This document shows positions 10,810 to 19,466 of a stretch of DNA of 64,000 bases, one piece after another. The DNA is from an uncultured delta proteobacterium (GTDB lineage: Bacteria > Desulfobacterota > Syntrophia > Syntrophales > UBA2185). Both the position numbers and the translations under genes were made by a program. Every line of letters begins with the position of its first letter. Within the stretch, counting starts at the first letter, position 1. The stretch is from contig CAVOID010000010.1 in NCBI GenBank assembly GCA_963695875.1, positions 1 to 64,000 on the forward strand, in the 5' to 3' direction. The notes under the pieces were generated by a model that had not been told where the DNA came from, made no database searches, and saw only the letters and a program-made list of their open reading frames with translations.

Positions 10810-11553
10810 TTAGAATACCATCTGACAGGGAATCCCCTCCGATTCAAATGCCGTCCTCAATTCCTCTCCCTTTTGTGAAAAAAAGCCGTCTTCCATGGCC
10901 CACTGCATCCCATATTTTTTGTATGCCCAGTCTGCGTAATGATAGTTAAGCCTGTCAACGATCACATACTCCACTTTACCCTTAAGCGCACTAACCAGGT
11001 CCTCTGCACCCGGAAGGATCGGCGCCACCATGGCGAATGTCCTGATCCCTTCCGCGTGAAGATGCGCCAATGCTTTGATTCTCTCACTGGATGGTGATGC
11101 TCCTGGCTCAAAGATTTTTCTTATCCTTTCATCCATCGTGGTTATGGTGAATCCGACCTCGACATTGTCTGTTCTCTTCAGTATCTCGATGTCCCTCAGG
11201 ACAAGGGAAGATTTGGTCTGAACTGTAAAAGGCCAGCCGTTTTCCACGAGGATTTCAAGACATCGTTTCGTGAGCATATACCTCTTTTCCAATGGCTGAT
11301 AAGGATCGCACACGCCGCTTATCCACACCCTCCCGACCCTTTTTTTCTTCACCTCAGAGGCTAAAAGCTCAGGGGCATTTATCTTTACATCGACAAACTC
11401 CCCCCATCTCTCCCTGTGCCCTGTAAACCTCTTCATAAATTTGGCATAGCAGTAGACACAATCATGCTGGCAGCCAACGTAAGGATTTAAAGCATAATCA
11501 TAGACCTGGGACCGTGATAGGATATTCTTTGCCTGTATCTCCCTGACATTCAT
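10810..11553 (-). CDS. Radical SAM protein, SplB (spore photoproduct lyase)-like family
   Basis: NPYVGCQHDCVYCYA, CDPYQPLE, QTKS..LRD. Confidence 0.88.
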   Translation of the reverse strand: MNVREIQAKNILSRSQVYDYALNPYVGCQHDCVYCYAKFMKRFTGHRERWGEFVDVKINAPELLASEVKKKRVGRVWISGVCDPYQPLEKRYMLTKRCLEILVENGWPFTVQTKSSLVLRDIEILKRTDNVEVGFTITTMDERIRKIFEPGASPSSERIKALAHLHAEGIRTFAMVAPILPGAEDLVSALKGKVEYVIVDRLNYHYADWAYKKYGMQWAMEDGFFSQKGEELRTAFESEGIPCQMVF

Positions 11554-11717
11554 TCTTAAATGTTATCACGATTCGGATAATTCCTGAAGCAGTTCTTGAT
11601 ACAGTTAACCATCTGCCAGAAACCTGCAGAATCCGGCTGCCTTCCTATAGTCTTGTTTTTGACCATCTCGTTCATAGAGAACCGAGCGATTTCTCCAAAT
11701 GCCTCCCTAACCTCACC

Positions 11718-11784
11718 GGCCAACCTCTGCATCACCCGCGCGCGCCGCTATTGCGCGCGTCGGTGTGCATGTGGAACGTTATCC
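11718..11784 (-). mobile_element. attC-like integron recombination site
   Basis: Minus strand GGATAAC...GTTGGCC bounding an imperfect palindrome (TGCA..CCG.CGCGCG..CGCGCG.CGG..TGCA). Confidence 0.55.
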
Positions 11785-11942
11785 TCTCTTTCAATTCGTA
11801 ATCTTCTATTCCTAAATATGCTTGTCATTAATACCAATAGAAAATACAAATTATGTTACGTATAGCTTCCTGAAGTCCATTTCTTTGATAATTCCATTGG
11901 TATGGTGTATTATAGCCGAAAATCTGCAGGGAATTTGCTTTA

Positions 11943-12611
11943 ATGCTGAAAAAATACAGATATTCTATCCTCACCAAGCCAATGCTTTTTCTCCTTTATT
12001 ATATCATCCGCATTTACTCTTGGACATTTCGGCTCCTCATAGAAAATGATAAGGAGTGGATGGACTATCTAAAGAGTGGTGGATCCATCCTGCTCTGTTG
12101 CTGGCATCAACAATTTTTTTCGGCGATCCGTCACTTTAAATCCTACGAATCTTTTCACCCTTCTTTGATGGTCAGTAAAAGTAAAGATGGGGACATCATT
12201 GCTAAGGTCGCAGAATATTCTGGATGGTATATTGTGAGGGGATCTTCTTCTAAAGGCGGGGGCGAGGCTTTAAAAGGAATGATCAAAAGGTTGAAGCAAA
12301 CAAGACTTGCCGCTCATATCGTGGATGGTCCGAGAGGCCCATCCGGTGTCGTTAAAGCAGGAGTGATCAGCATCGCCCTGGCCACTCATGCAAAGATTGT
12401 CCCCTTCTTCACCTCAGCAGACAGGGCATGGTATTTCAATAGCTGGGACAAGTTCATGATGCCAAAACCATTTGCAAAAGTGACATTGCATTTCGGAAAT
12501 ATGATGGACCTTGACGCACCCGACATAGAGCATGATTTTGAAGCCCAGAGATACCGATTGGAATCAATCATGCTTCCAAGATTAATGCATGATAAACATT
12601 TCAATCAGTAA
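11943..12611 (+). CDS. Lysophospholipid acyltransferase family protein (DUF374-like)
   Basis: WHQQ, SKSKDGD, RGSSSKGG, VDGPRGP, SWDKFMMPKPF. Confidence 0.88.
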   Translation: MLKKYRYSILTKPMLFLLYYIIRIYSWTFRLLIENDKEWMDYLKSGGSILLCCWHQQFFSAIRHFKSYESFHPSLMVSKSKDGDIIAKVAEYSGWYIVRGSSSKGGGEALKGMIKRLKQTRLAAHIVDGPRGPSGVVKAGVISIALATHAKIVPFFTSADRAWYFNSWDKFMMPKPFAKVTLHFGNMMDLDAPDIEHDFEAQRYRLESIMLPRLMHDKHFNQ

Positions 12612-12774
12612 TACTCTTCTTCCATTTAGATGATTCTAAACAGTTCGTACTGCAGGACTCATTACTTCCGTAATGCTGTTTTTCTAATTTTGCCTTTCTA
12701 TACAACATTTCATTCGTTTATTATCAACCCCTCAAATAAAAAGGAGCCCAGTTCTCCGACCTCTTGTTTAATCC

Positions 12775-13248
12775 TCACCGCTTTTTCTTCTTCAGAGTCT
12801 TCTTAACGCATACACTTTTATATAACTCTTCCGACATCGTTTCTGGCGGAATATATTCATGAGATGGATTTTTTGCAGTATCTGATTTTATAAGTTTACC
12901 GTTAGTACTGTTATCTATTGATTTAATACACGCAAATGTTTTATCTTTACAATTAATTTCAACTAAACCTTTCGAGTGCCCCCAGTTGTCCGGGATGGTT
13001 GGGTCTGTATTTCGCACATCCTGTATATGTCTCACCCGGTCTTCTTCAGACTCTGGAATGATTTTTACCCATACTCGAATAATACTGTTTGGTAGAAAAT
13101 TTACACTGTCTTTGTCATAATAGTACTCTGAATTTTTCAACCCACAGCAATATCTCCAATCTGCACCAAACACATCTTGTGAAACGCAGAGTAATACAAA
13201 CAAACTGATGAAAAATACAATATAAGACTTTGGAAAGAATTTATCCAT
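12775..13248 (-). CDS. Secreted surface-adhesin-E-like protein
   Basis: Signal peptide; YYDKDSV..IRVWVK..EINCK..IPPETMSEEL..VC. Confidence 0.7.
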   Translation of the reverse strand: MDKFFPKSYIVFFISLFVLLCVSQDVFGADWRYCCGLKNSEYYYDKDSVNFLPNSIIRVWVKIIPESEEDRVRHIQDVRNTDPTIPDNWGHSKGLVEINCKDKTFACIKSIDNSTNGKLIKSDTAKNPSHEYIPPETMSEELYKSVCVKKTLKKKKR

Positions 13249-13517
13249 TTTGCCCTCTTTAAATAAAAAAAGCCCAGAGCGTTGGTTATGTGCTGTAAGA
13301 CACTTTCCTGACCTCACGGTTTCGGACGCTATACGCAAATTATCCTTTTTTGCAAAGTTTTGCAAATTTTAAGCATTCAGGTGCTATCAATGCCGCCGTT
13401 CCTTCCTGTAGTCAAGTATCAGGTGATTTTGACAGACATCCTTTCAATCGGTTATTAATGACATTTGTCTCTTGACTTTGCAAGTAATTAGGAGCACAAA
13501 AAAGAAGAAGTATTTGA

Positions 13518-13630
13518 ATGGGGCATCGTCAAAAGGTTAACAACTAATCTGACCCCTTTTTGTAAGGGTGGTGCCATGAAGAGATTATTGAAACCCCGTT
13601 TCTCAGAAGAGAGCGGGGTTTTGTGCTTTA
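13518..13630 (+). promoter_or_regulatory. Structured 5' leader with intrinsic terminator (candidate cis-regulatory RNA)
   Basis: GGCATC/GGTGCC stem enclosing a CCCTT/AAGGG hairpin, then AAACCCCG..CGGGGTTTT; homologous to 61672-61782. Confidence 0.55.
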
Positions 13631-13735
13631 ATCATCCCTCAATTTTTGTGAGGAGCAGGAACCTACGGATACATCGTTGAAAAGGGCCTGTTTATGAGAT
13701 TATCATTCCACATTAAAATTTAAAGCGGAGGGATT

Positions 13736-14386
13736 ATGAAAAACTATATTGTATCGCTGTGCTTGCTGGGTTTATTTGTTGCTGGTTGTGCGGCTCACGG
13801 GTGCATTTCAGGAAATTGTCAAAATGGGTATGGAACATTCACAGCTCCTAGTGGTTCTAAGTATATCGGCGAGTTCAAAAATGGCTTGCAAAGCGGACAA
13901 GGGACAAAGACATACGCCAATGGCGCGACATATGTTGGCGAGTTCAAAAATGGCTTACAAAACGGACAAGGGACATTTACATTTGCCAGCGGCAAGAAGT
14001 ATGTTGGCCAGTGGAAAGATAACAGGATGGAAGGGCAAGGAACATATACATTCGCCGATGGAGATGAGTATGTTGGCCAATGGAAAGATGACAAAAGGCA
14101 CGGACAAGGGACATTTACATTCGCCAGTGGCAAGAAGTATGTTGGCCAGTGGAAAGATAACAAGATGGAAGGGCAAGGGACATATGCATCCGCCGATGGC
14201 GATAAGTACGTTGGTCAATGGAAAGATAACAAGATGGAAGGGCAAGGGACATATACATACGCCAATGGCGATGAGTATGTTGGCCAATGGAAAGATGACA
14301 AGAGGCACGGACAAGGGACAATGACATACGCCAATGGTACTAAGAAGATCGGCCTATGGGGAAATGACGAATTTGTAGGTAAATGA
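13736..14386 (+). CDS. MORN-repeat lipoprotein
   Basis: Lipobox VAGC; about eight 23-aa YVGQWKDxKxxGQGTYTxAxG repeats. Confidence 0.92.
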   Translation: MKNYIVSLCLLGLFVAGCAAHGCISGNCQNGYGTFTAPSGSKYIGEFKNGLQSGQGTKTYANGATYVGEFKNGLQNGQGTFTFASGKKYVGQWKDNRMEGQGTYTFADGDEYVGQWKDDKRHGQGTFTFASGKKYVGQWKDNKMEGQGTYASADGDKYVGQWKDNKMEGQGTYTYANGDEYVGQWKDDKRHGQGTMTYANGTKKIGLWGNDEFVGK

Positions 14387-14661
14387 AAACAGTATCTTTT
14401 AACGCGACGAAGGACAAATATCTGAAGGGCAAGATTGTAGTACCACAAAAACTGTTCGATGAGATGGACGAACTCCGTCCCCTCGGTAATGATGCAGATC
14501 ACATCGAGGCAAAGGAATTCGACTCAATCGCAAAACCGGAACCCGATATCGCCATTGAATTCACAACCGAGAAGCTGAAATCGCTTTATCAATACGCATC
14601 TTTGCTTGACAGACTTAGGCCTCTAAGAAAGAAATCCCCCTACCCAAGCCTTTCAGCGTAA
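14383..14661 (+). CDS. Hypothetical protein
   Basis: ATGA overlap with the MORN gene stop; ends inside an attC-like site. Confidence 0.4.
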   Translation: MKTVSFNATKDKYLKGKIVVPQKLFDEMDELRPLGNDADHIEAKEFDSIAKPEPDIAIEFTTEKLKSLYQYASLLDRLRPLRKKSPYPSLSA

Positions 14662-14697
14662 GCTGATTCGCTGCGTCGCTGAAGGCTGACGCTAGAT
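14638..14697 (+). mobile_element. Degenerate attC-like site
   Basis: CCCTACC..GCCTTTCAGCG..CGCTGAAGGC..GCTAGAT; each core box is one substitution from RYYYAAC or GTTRRRY at its conserved triplet. Confidence 0.45.
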
Positions 14698-14965
14698 CAA
14701 ACATTTCAAACGTAAATCATCAAAATATTTATTCACTATGGTTGTTGAATTGTAGGTGTAAAGTTCACCTATGCGTTTTCGTAATAAAGTATATATTTTG
14801 AAGAACATACATAAAGGACACTTTTCTTTTCAACCGGTATTTTTAAAGAGATTTTTTGGAATGTGCTATTTTATTAAAAATATGAGGACTGTATAAATAT
14901 TATGTGTTTTGGTTGAAACTCGTTTGGAGCATAACTTCCTGTTTCTGTCCCTCCTTATAAAAATT

Positions 14966-15082
14966 TTGAAGCTCTCCGCAGTAAACTGCGGAGAATCTTC
15001 GATCCACAAGGAATAATAATGTTCCCCATTCGCTCGCTTACCCCGCAGCAAGCTACGGGGAATGCGCTCGCTACCGGATTCA
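14966..15082. mobile_element. 117-bp non-autonomous repeat (MITE-like), copy 1
   Basis: Near-identical to 28106-28222; terminal hairpins CTCCGCAG-TAAA-CTGCGGAG and CCCCGCAG-CAAG-CTACGGGG. Confidence 0.8.
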
Positions 15083-15523
15083 AAAAATATATGGGATCAA
15101 CCTTTTAGTGGTCTTCATGTAATTCCCATATTCTACAAAGTGTTTTTTTAAGGCGCTTTCTTCAAAAAACAATTTTACGATTAAAACGAGGGTGAGAACC
15201 AAACCTGTGATCAGTAAAAATAAAGAAAAGCGGTCAAGGATCAGCGGCCAAATGGTAAGCAACAGCGCTGAATACATGGGGTGCCTTATAAATCTATAGG
15301 GTCCCCATGTAACCAGTTGTGCTTCCTGTTTTACCAGAGGAGTTATATTCAGATTCTGCCTGCCCATCGTTATGACAGCCCAAATCCCAAGTGCAACCCC
15401 CATAATTTCCAATACAAGCAATGGATAATTTTTTGCGAAAGGTCGACCCGATGCAAAGATCAGGATAAGGCAGATGAACTGCATGGAAACCAGGATGTAT
15501 GCTTTGATTCTATCCGCTTTCAT
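15080..15523 (-). CDS. Isoprenylcysteine carboxyl methyltransferase family membrane protein
   Basis: LVTWGPYRFIRHPMY..EE..L..F..YGNYMKTTKRLIP. Confidence 0.9.
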   Translation of the reverse strand: MKADRIKAYILVSMQFICLILIFASGRPFAKNYPLLVLEIMGVALGIWAVITMGRQNLNITPLVKQEAQLVTWGPYRFIRHPMYSALLLTIWPLILDRFSLFLLITGLVLTLVLIVKLFFEESALKKHFVEYGNYMKTTKRLIPYIF

Positions 15524-15769
15524 TCCTTAATCCGGTTCTGATATGAAACTAAAAAAGAGATTTGGGCTGGGTTTGGCTGTCAGGTCACCCACGAACACAA
15601 CAGATACTTCCTTTTGGTTTCATTTATTCATTGGTTCGTTTATGGCAAAAGTTATAATCAGGTTGTAATTATTATGTTGAATAGTACCAATGTCTCTGTC
15701 ATAAGTCAAAAATGATTGATATCATCTATTGAATGTAAATCATTCAATTACATGGAAAGGAGAATGAAA

Positions 15770-16117
15770 ATGACAACTGAAAAAAACCCTGGTGCGGCTG
15801 AAGCGCACCCTTCACAGGTATTTCATTTACGGGATTCAGTTAGTTATCAAGAAGGTTCAATTGTCAGCCGGGAAATTGTCGGTAAAAAGACAGGTACTGT
15901 AACCGTCTTTGCCTTTGATCAAGGGCAGGGACTAAGCGAACATACGGCCCCTTTCGACGCTCTCGTTCATATTTTAGATGGAGAAGCGGAAATTCATATA
16001 TCCGGGAAAACGTACAACCCGAAGGCAGGTGAGATGATCATTATGCCTGCAAATGAACCTCATTCCCTGAAGGCCATTACGAGATTTAAAATGCTTTTGA
16101 TTATGATAAGGTCGTAA
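15770..16117 (+). CDS. Cupin domain protein
   Basis: FAFDQGQGLSEHTAPFDA..MPANEPHSL. Confidence 0.9.
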   Translation: MTTEKNPGAAEAHPSQVFHLRDSVSYQEGSIVSREIVGKKTGTVTVFAFDQGQGLSEHTAPFDALVHILDGEAEIHISGKTYNPKAGEMIIMPANEPHSLKAITRFKMLLIMIRS

Positions 16118-16203
16118 ATTATTTTCTTAAATGAGCTCAAATATTTTGATGTACTGTTAAGACTGGCTTCCCGCCTGCGAGACTGTATCGTAATTCTCCT
16201 TCT

Positions 16204-16398
16204 TGTCATTTCGAGTGAAACGAGAAATCTTAATGATTAATGATATTAGAAGATTTAAGATTCCTCACATTCGTTCGGAATGATATTTTTTTGTAGTACG
16301 ACACAGGCTCTGCTCAGGGATGGTGGGAAGTGTAACTCTCCTTAAGATTTCTCAGTCACTGCGTTCCTTCGAAATGACAAAGGGGGGTTGAAATGACA
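16204..16398. repeat. Cluster of TGTCAT..ATGACA palindromic REP-like repeats
   Basis: TGTCATTTCGAG..GAGAAATCT..AGATTCCTC..TTCGGAATGA; AGATTTCTC..TTCGAAATGACA. Confidence 0.7.
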
Positions 16399-16412
16399 GA
16401 GGGGGGCCGGAC

Positions 16413-16862
16413 TCATTTATTTCTGCTGAACAAAGCCGGGTGATTCTTTCTAAGCCATTTTTCAACTTGCTTCCGAAGGTTTACTGCAAGCATGATCATC
16501 TCCTCTGCTTCCATTTCGGACGTAGCACCGGCAATCTCATAGGTACCAATATTCCTTTTTTTTCTGAAACGATCCAATTGCGCAACAAACGCGGACTCCG
16601 CGCGAATTGTGAAAGCAAGCGATTGGATGACTCTATAATGATGTGAATCACGCGCAGCTCTGTAGCCCTCTGCGGCCAAAGCCGCATTTGCTAAATGGAG
16701 GGCAGCGCTATAAGCGATATTCAATTTCCAGTCAGGAGACAATCCCGATGCCTTAGCATCTGCAAGATCCCGGTCCACCGCTTTAAAAAAATTAGTAATC
16801 TCTTGCGGACTTGTTTTATGATCTGCCAGCCAGCCGTTTTTCAACCATTCTTTCAAGTTCAT
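16413..16862 (-). CDS. HEPN domain protein (toxin of an MNT-HEPN pair)
   Basis: DLADA..AYSAA..GYR..HH..RKKRNIGTYE; overlaps the upstream MNT gene. Confidence 0.75.
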   Translation of the reverse strand: MNLKEWLKNGWLADHKTSPQEITNFFKAVDRDLADAKASGLSPDWKLNIAYSAALHLANAALAAEGYRAARDSHHYRVIQSLAFTIRAESAFVAQLDRFRKKRNIGTYEIAGATSEMEAEEMIMLAVNLRKQVEKWLRKNHPALFSRNK

Positions 16863-17448
16863 CTTTGTCTCCTATCAAGAAAAGCTTCTCACCACCAAGA
16901 ACAGTGCTAAGAAAATGATGTCCCTTACGTGCCTTAGACAGAAATTCGGTAAGGGGATAGACGGTAGGATTGATTTCACGACCAATGGTTCCCTGGGCAC
17001 TGATCAATGCCGCAGTGACTTCTGCAAAGGTCACATTGCCCACAATCAAAACGTCTATGTCACTGCTTTTTCTTTCTTCACCGCGGGCGATAGAACCATA
17101 AATGAATGCCGCATCAATGCGGCCAGCCAGTGGGGCTAACGCGGTCCGCAATACATCGCCCACGCCAGCCGTTTTCATCACAAGGCTCTTGAGTTCTTTG
17201 AAGACAGGGCTCTGTGAATTTGCCTGATAATAGACCTGGTGGCCCTGAACATTTCGACTTATAATTCCTGCATCAACAAGTGCTTTAAGTTCTCTCTGTA
17301 CGGCGCCCATGCCAACACCTGCTGACCGGGTCAGTTGACGGAGATAAAAACTTTGATCGACATGACTGTAAAGCGAGGTAAGAATCGCGCGGCGAGTCTT
17401 GCCAAAAAGAGTTGTACCAAGTTGATCAATTGTAAGTGCTGCACTCAT
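16816..17448 (-). CDS. wHTH-fused minimal nucleotidyltransferase (MNT antitoxin)
   Basis: N-terminal HTH (YLRQLTR..GAVQRELKAL); YGSIARG..SDIDVLIVG. Confidence 0.88.
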   Translation of the reverse strand: MSAALTIDQLGTTLFGKTRRAILTSLYSHVDQSFYLRQLTRSAGVGMGAVQRELKALVDAGIISRNVQGHQVYYQANSQSPVFKELKSLVMKTAGVGDVLRTALAPLAGRIDAAFIYGSIARGEERKSSDIDVLIVGNVTFAEVTAALISAQGTIGREINPTVYPLTEFLSKARKGHHFLSTVLGGEKLFLIGDKDELERMVEKRLAGRS

Positions 17449-17487
17449 AGTGGGTACAATTGTACCCTTTATGGGTGCATAATGCAA
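17441..17487 (-). promoter_or_regulatory. Sigma70-type promoter overlapped by a double palindromic operator
   Basis: Minus strand TTGCAT-N17-TACAAT; GCACTC-N5-GGGTAC-AATT-GTACCC-N5-GGGTGC. Confidence 0.7.
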
Positions 17488-17842
17488 GGTTTTTTTTAGA
17501 CTGTTTCAAGAAAAAGTTACGTGAGGACATTGCCCGGCTCCCTTTGCATAAAGATGGAGGATATGGGAGGGGAAATCTGGACAAATTGGCAACTTAAAAT
17601 GTCTGTTTACAACCGCACCTACATGATATATAACCAGCCCCGAAAATAGTCCTAGATAATACCGGTTTGAAAAAGCACTCATTTAACATTTCGACCACTC
17701 CATCGGACAAAATTTTTTCGCTTCGCTCGAGATGACAAACAGGGTAAATTCCGTGAGGACGGGACAGGGATTTCTTGCTGCACTGGACGGGCTGACGAGT
17801 GTGGCAGTTCAGACTGGTAGTCGGAGACGCGGAGGTTAATCC

Positions 17843-19415
17843 ATGCAAAAAGAAGTTATTAAGGCCAACATCATTGTTTTCATCGCCAGTTTCTGCACCC
17901 TGGTTATTGAGCTGGTGGCAGGAAGAATCATGGCGCCTTATGTGGGCGTATCCCTGTATACTTGGACTAGCATAATCGGCGTTGTCCTTGCCGGCATCAG
18001 TATAGGCGCCTATGTGGGAGGGCTGCTCGCGGACCGGTTTCCTAAGCCTTCGACGTTAGGCTGGCTCCTCTTTTGTTCGGGCGTGGGGGCTTTTTCCATT
18101 TCACCGCTCACGAACCTCCTGGGAGCAACCCATTTTCAGACCACACTGATGATGCGGATTCTGCTTCTTACCACCTTTATCTTTTTTATACCGTCCTGTA
18201 TCCTGGGCATGATTTCCCCCGTTGTTGTTAAACTAACGCTTCACAACCTGGCAAAAACAGGCAATGTTGTCGGGAAGATCTACGCCTTTTCGACACTCGG
18301 CTCGATCATCGGCACCTTTGCCACCGGTTTTTTTCTGATCTCCTGGATGGGGACAAGAAATATACTTTTAACAGTCGGGTTTATTCTCATGCTTTCCGCT
18401 TTGATCTTCGGGGGAGCATTTACCAAGAAAAAATCATTGGCCATTTTCTTTTCCATTTTCATCGCAATTTTTATTTCACTTGCCTTTATTTTCTATAGCT
18501 ACGCCTTCAAAATGCCCGTTGATGACAAGACCTATTTTTTCGAGGAAAGCGACTACTATACGATCCAGGTGAGGAAGCTCCTTACGAAAGACCAGAAGAC
18601 ATGGGCAGAGGCGCTGGTTTTAGATCATCTTATCCATTCCATAAATGACCTGAACAATCCCTTATATCTGGATTATGAGTACATCAGGATTTATGAGGAG
18701 TTTATGAGATGGCGGGTGAACCGGGCGGGCTCCCTTAAAACACTGTTCATCGGGGGCGGGGGTTATACGCTGCCGCGATGCCTCGAAATAATGTATCCCA
18801 CGGCAGAGATCGATGTCGTGGAGATTGATCCGGAGATAACAAGAGTTGTATATGATTATCTGGGAGTGCCCAGCAACACGAAAATCCGGATCCTTCAATG
18901 AAGACGGACGCTGGTTTGTCATGAACAGCAAGGATAAAGGAAAATATGACTTCATTGTGGGGGATGCATTCAATGACCTGTCGATACCCTACCACCTGAC
19001 GACGAAAGAATTTGCCCAACAGATGGCAGAGCTTTTAAAGCCGGACGGCATACTCATGGCCAATGTAATTGACAGTTACCAGAAAGGGCTGTTTATGCCA
19101 TCCTATATACGGACGCTGGAGGAAGTGTTCGGGAAGGGAAATGTCTACCTGGTCACTCATAAGCCTTATGAAGAAAGTACGGGTATCAGCACCCGTGTCA
19201 TCGTGGCAAGCAAAGCAGGCATCAACGTAAATGATTTCATCACCTTCATCAACGGACAGGGCGGCAAGGAAGTCATGTCCCACGTCATGCCGCAGGAGCG
19301 CCTCCAGGAATACCTGGCCGAGCGCCCCTCCATCGTTCTGACCGATGATTACGTACCGGTGGATAATTTGACAGCCCCCATCTTTGAAGAGAGGTTTGGG
19401 TATAAGGGGCATTAA
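17843..19415 (+). CDS. Fused MFS-like/spermidine synthase protein (frameshift near 18895)
   Basis: ELVAGRIMAPYVGVSLYTW; FIGGGGY..VVEIDP; DGR..YDFIVGDAF..LTDDYVPVD. Confidence 0.88.
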
Positions 19416-19466
19416 TCTTTCAATGCTCTAAAATAAATTAGGATTGTCAAAGGAAGAAGTAAGACT

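Noticed and set aside
13564..13600. AAGGGTGGTGCC as a T-box riboswitch
   Set aside because: No recognisable stem I or specifier loop, poor antiterminator pairing, the downstream gene is not amino-acid related, and the second copy lacks TGG.
13856..14345. CRISPR array or DGR template repeats
   Set aside because: The repeats are in-frame MORN coding units without unique spacers; no cas or reverse transcriptase gene is in the window.
17740..17842. Riboswitch upstream of the spermidine synthase fusion
   Set aside because: Purine-rich leader, but no SAM or other aptamer consensus and no terminator recognised.
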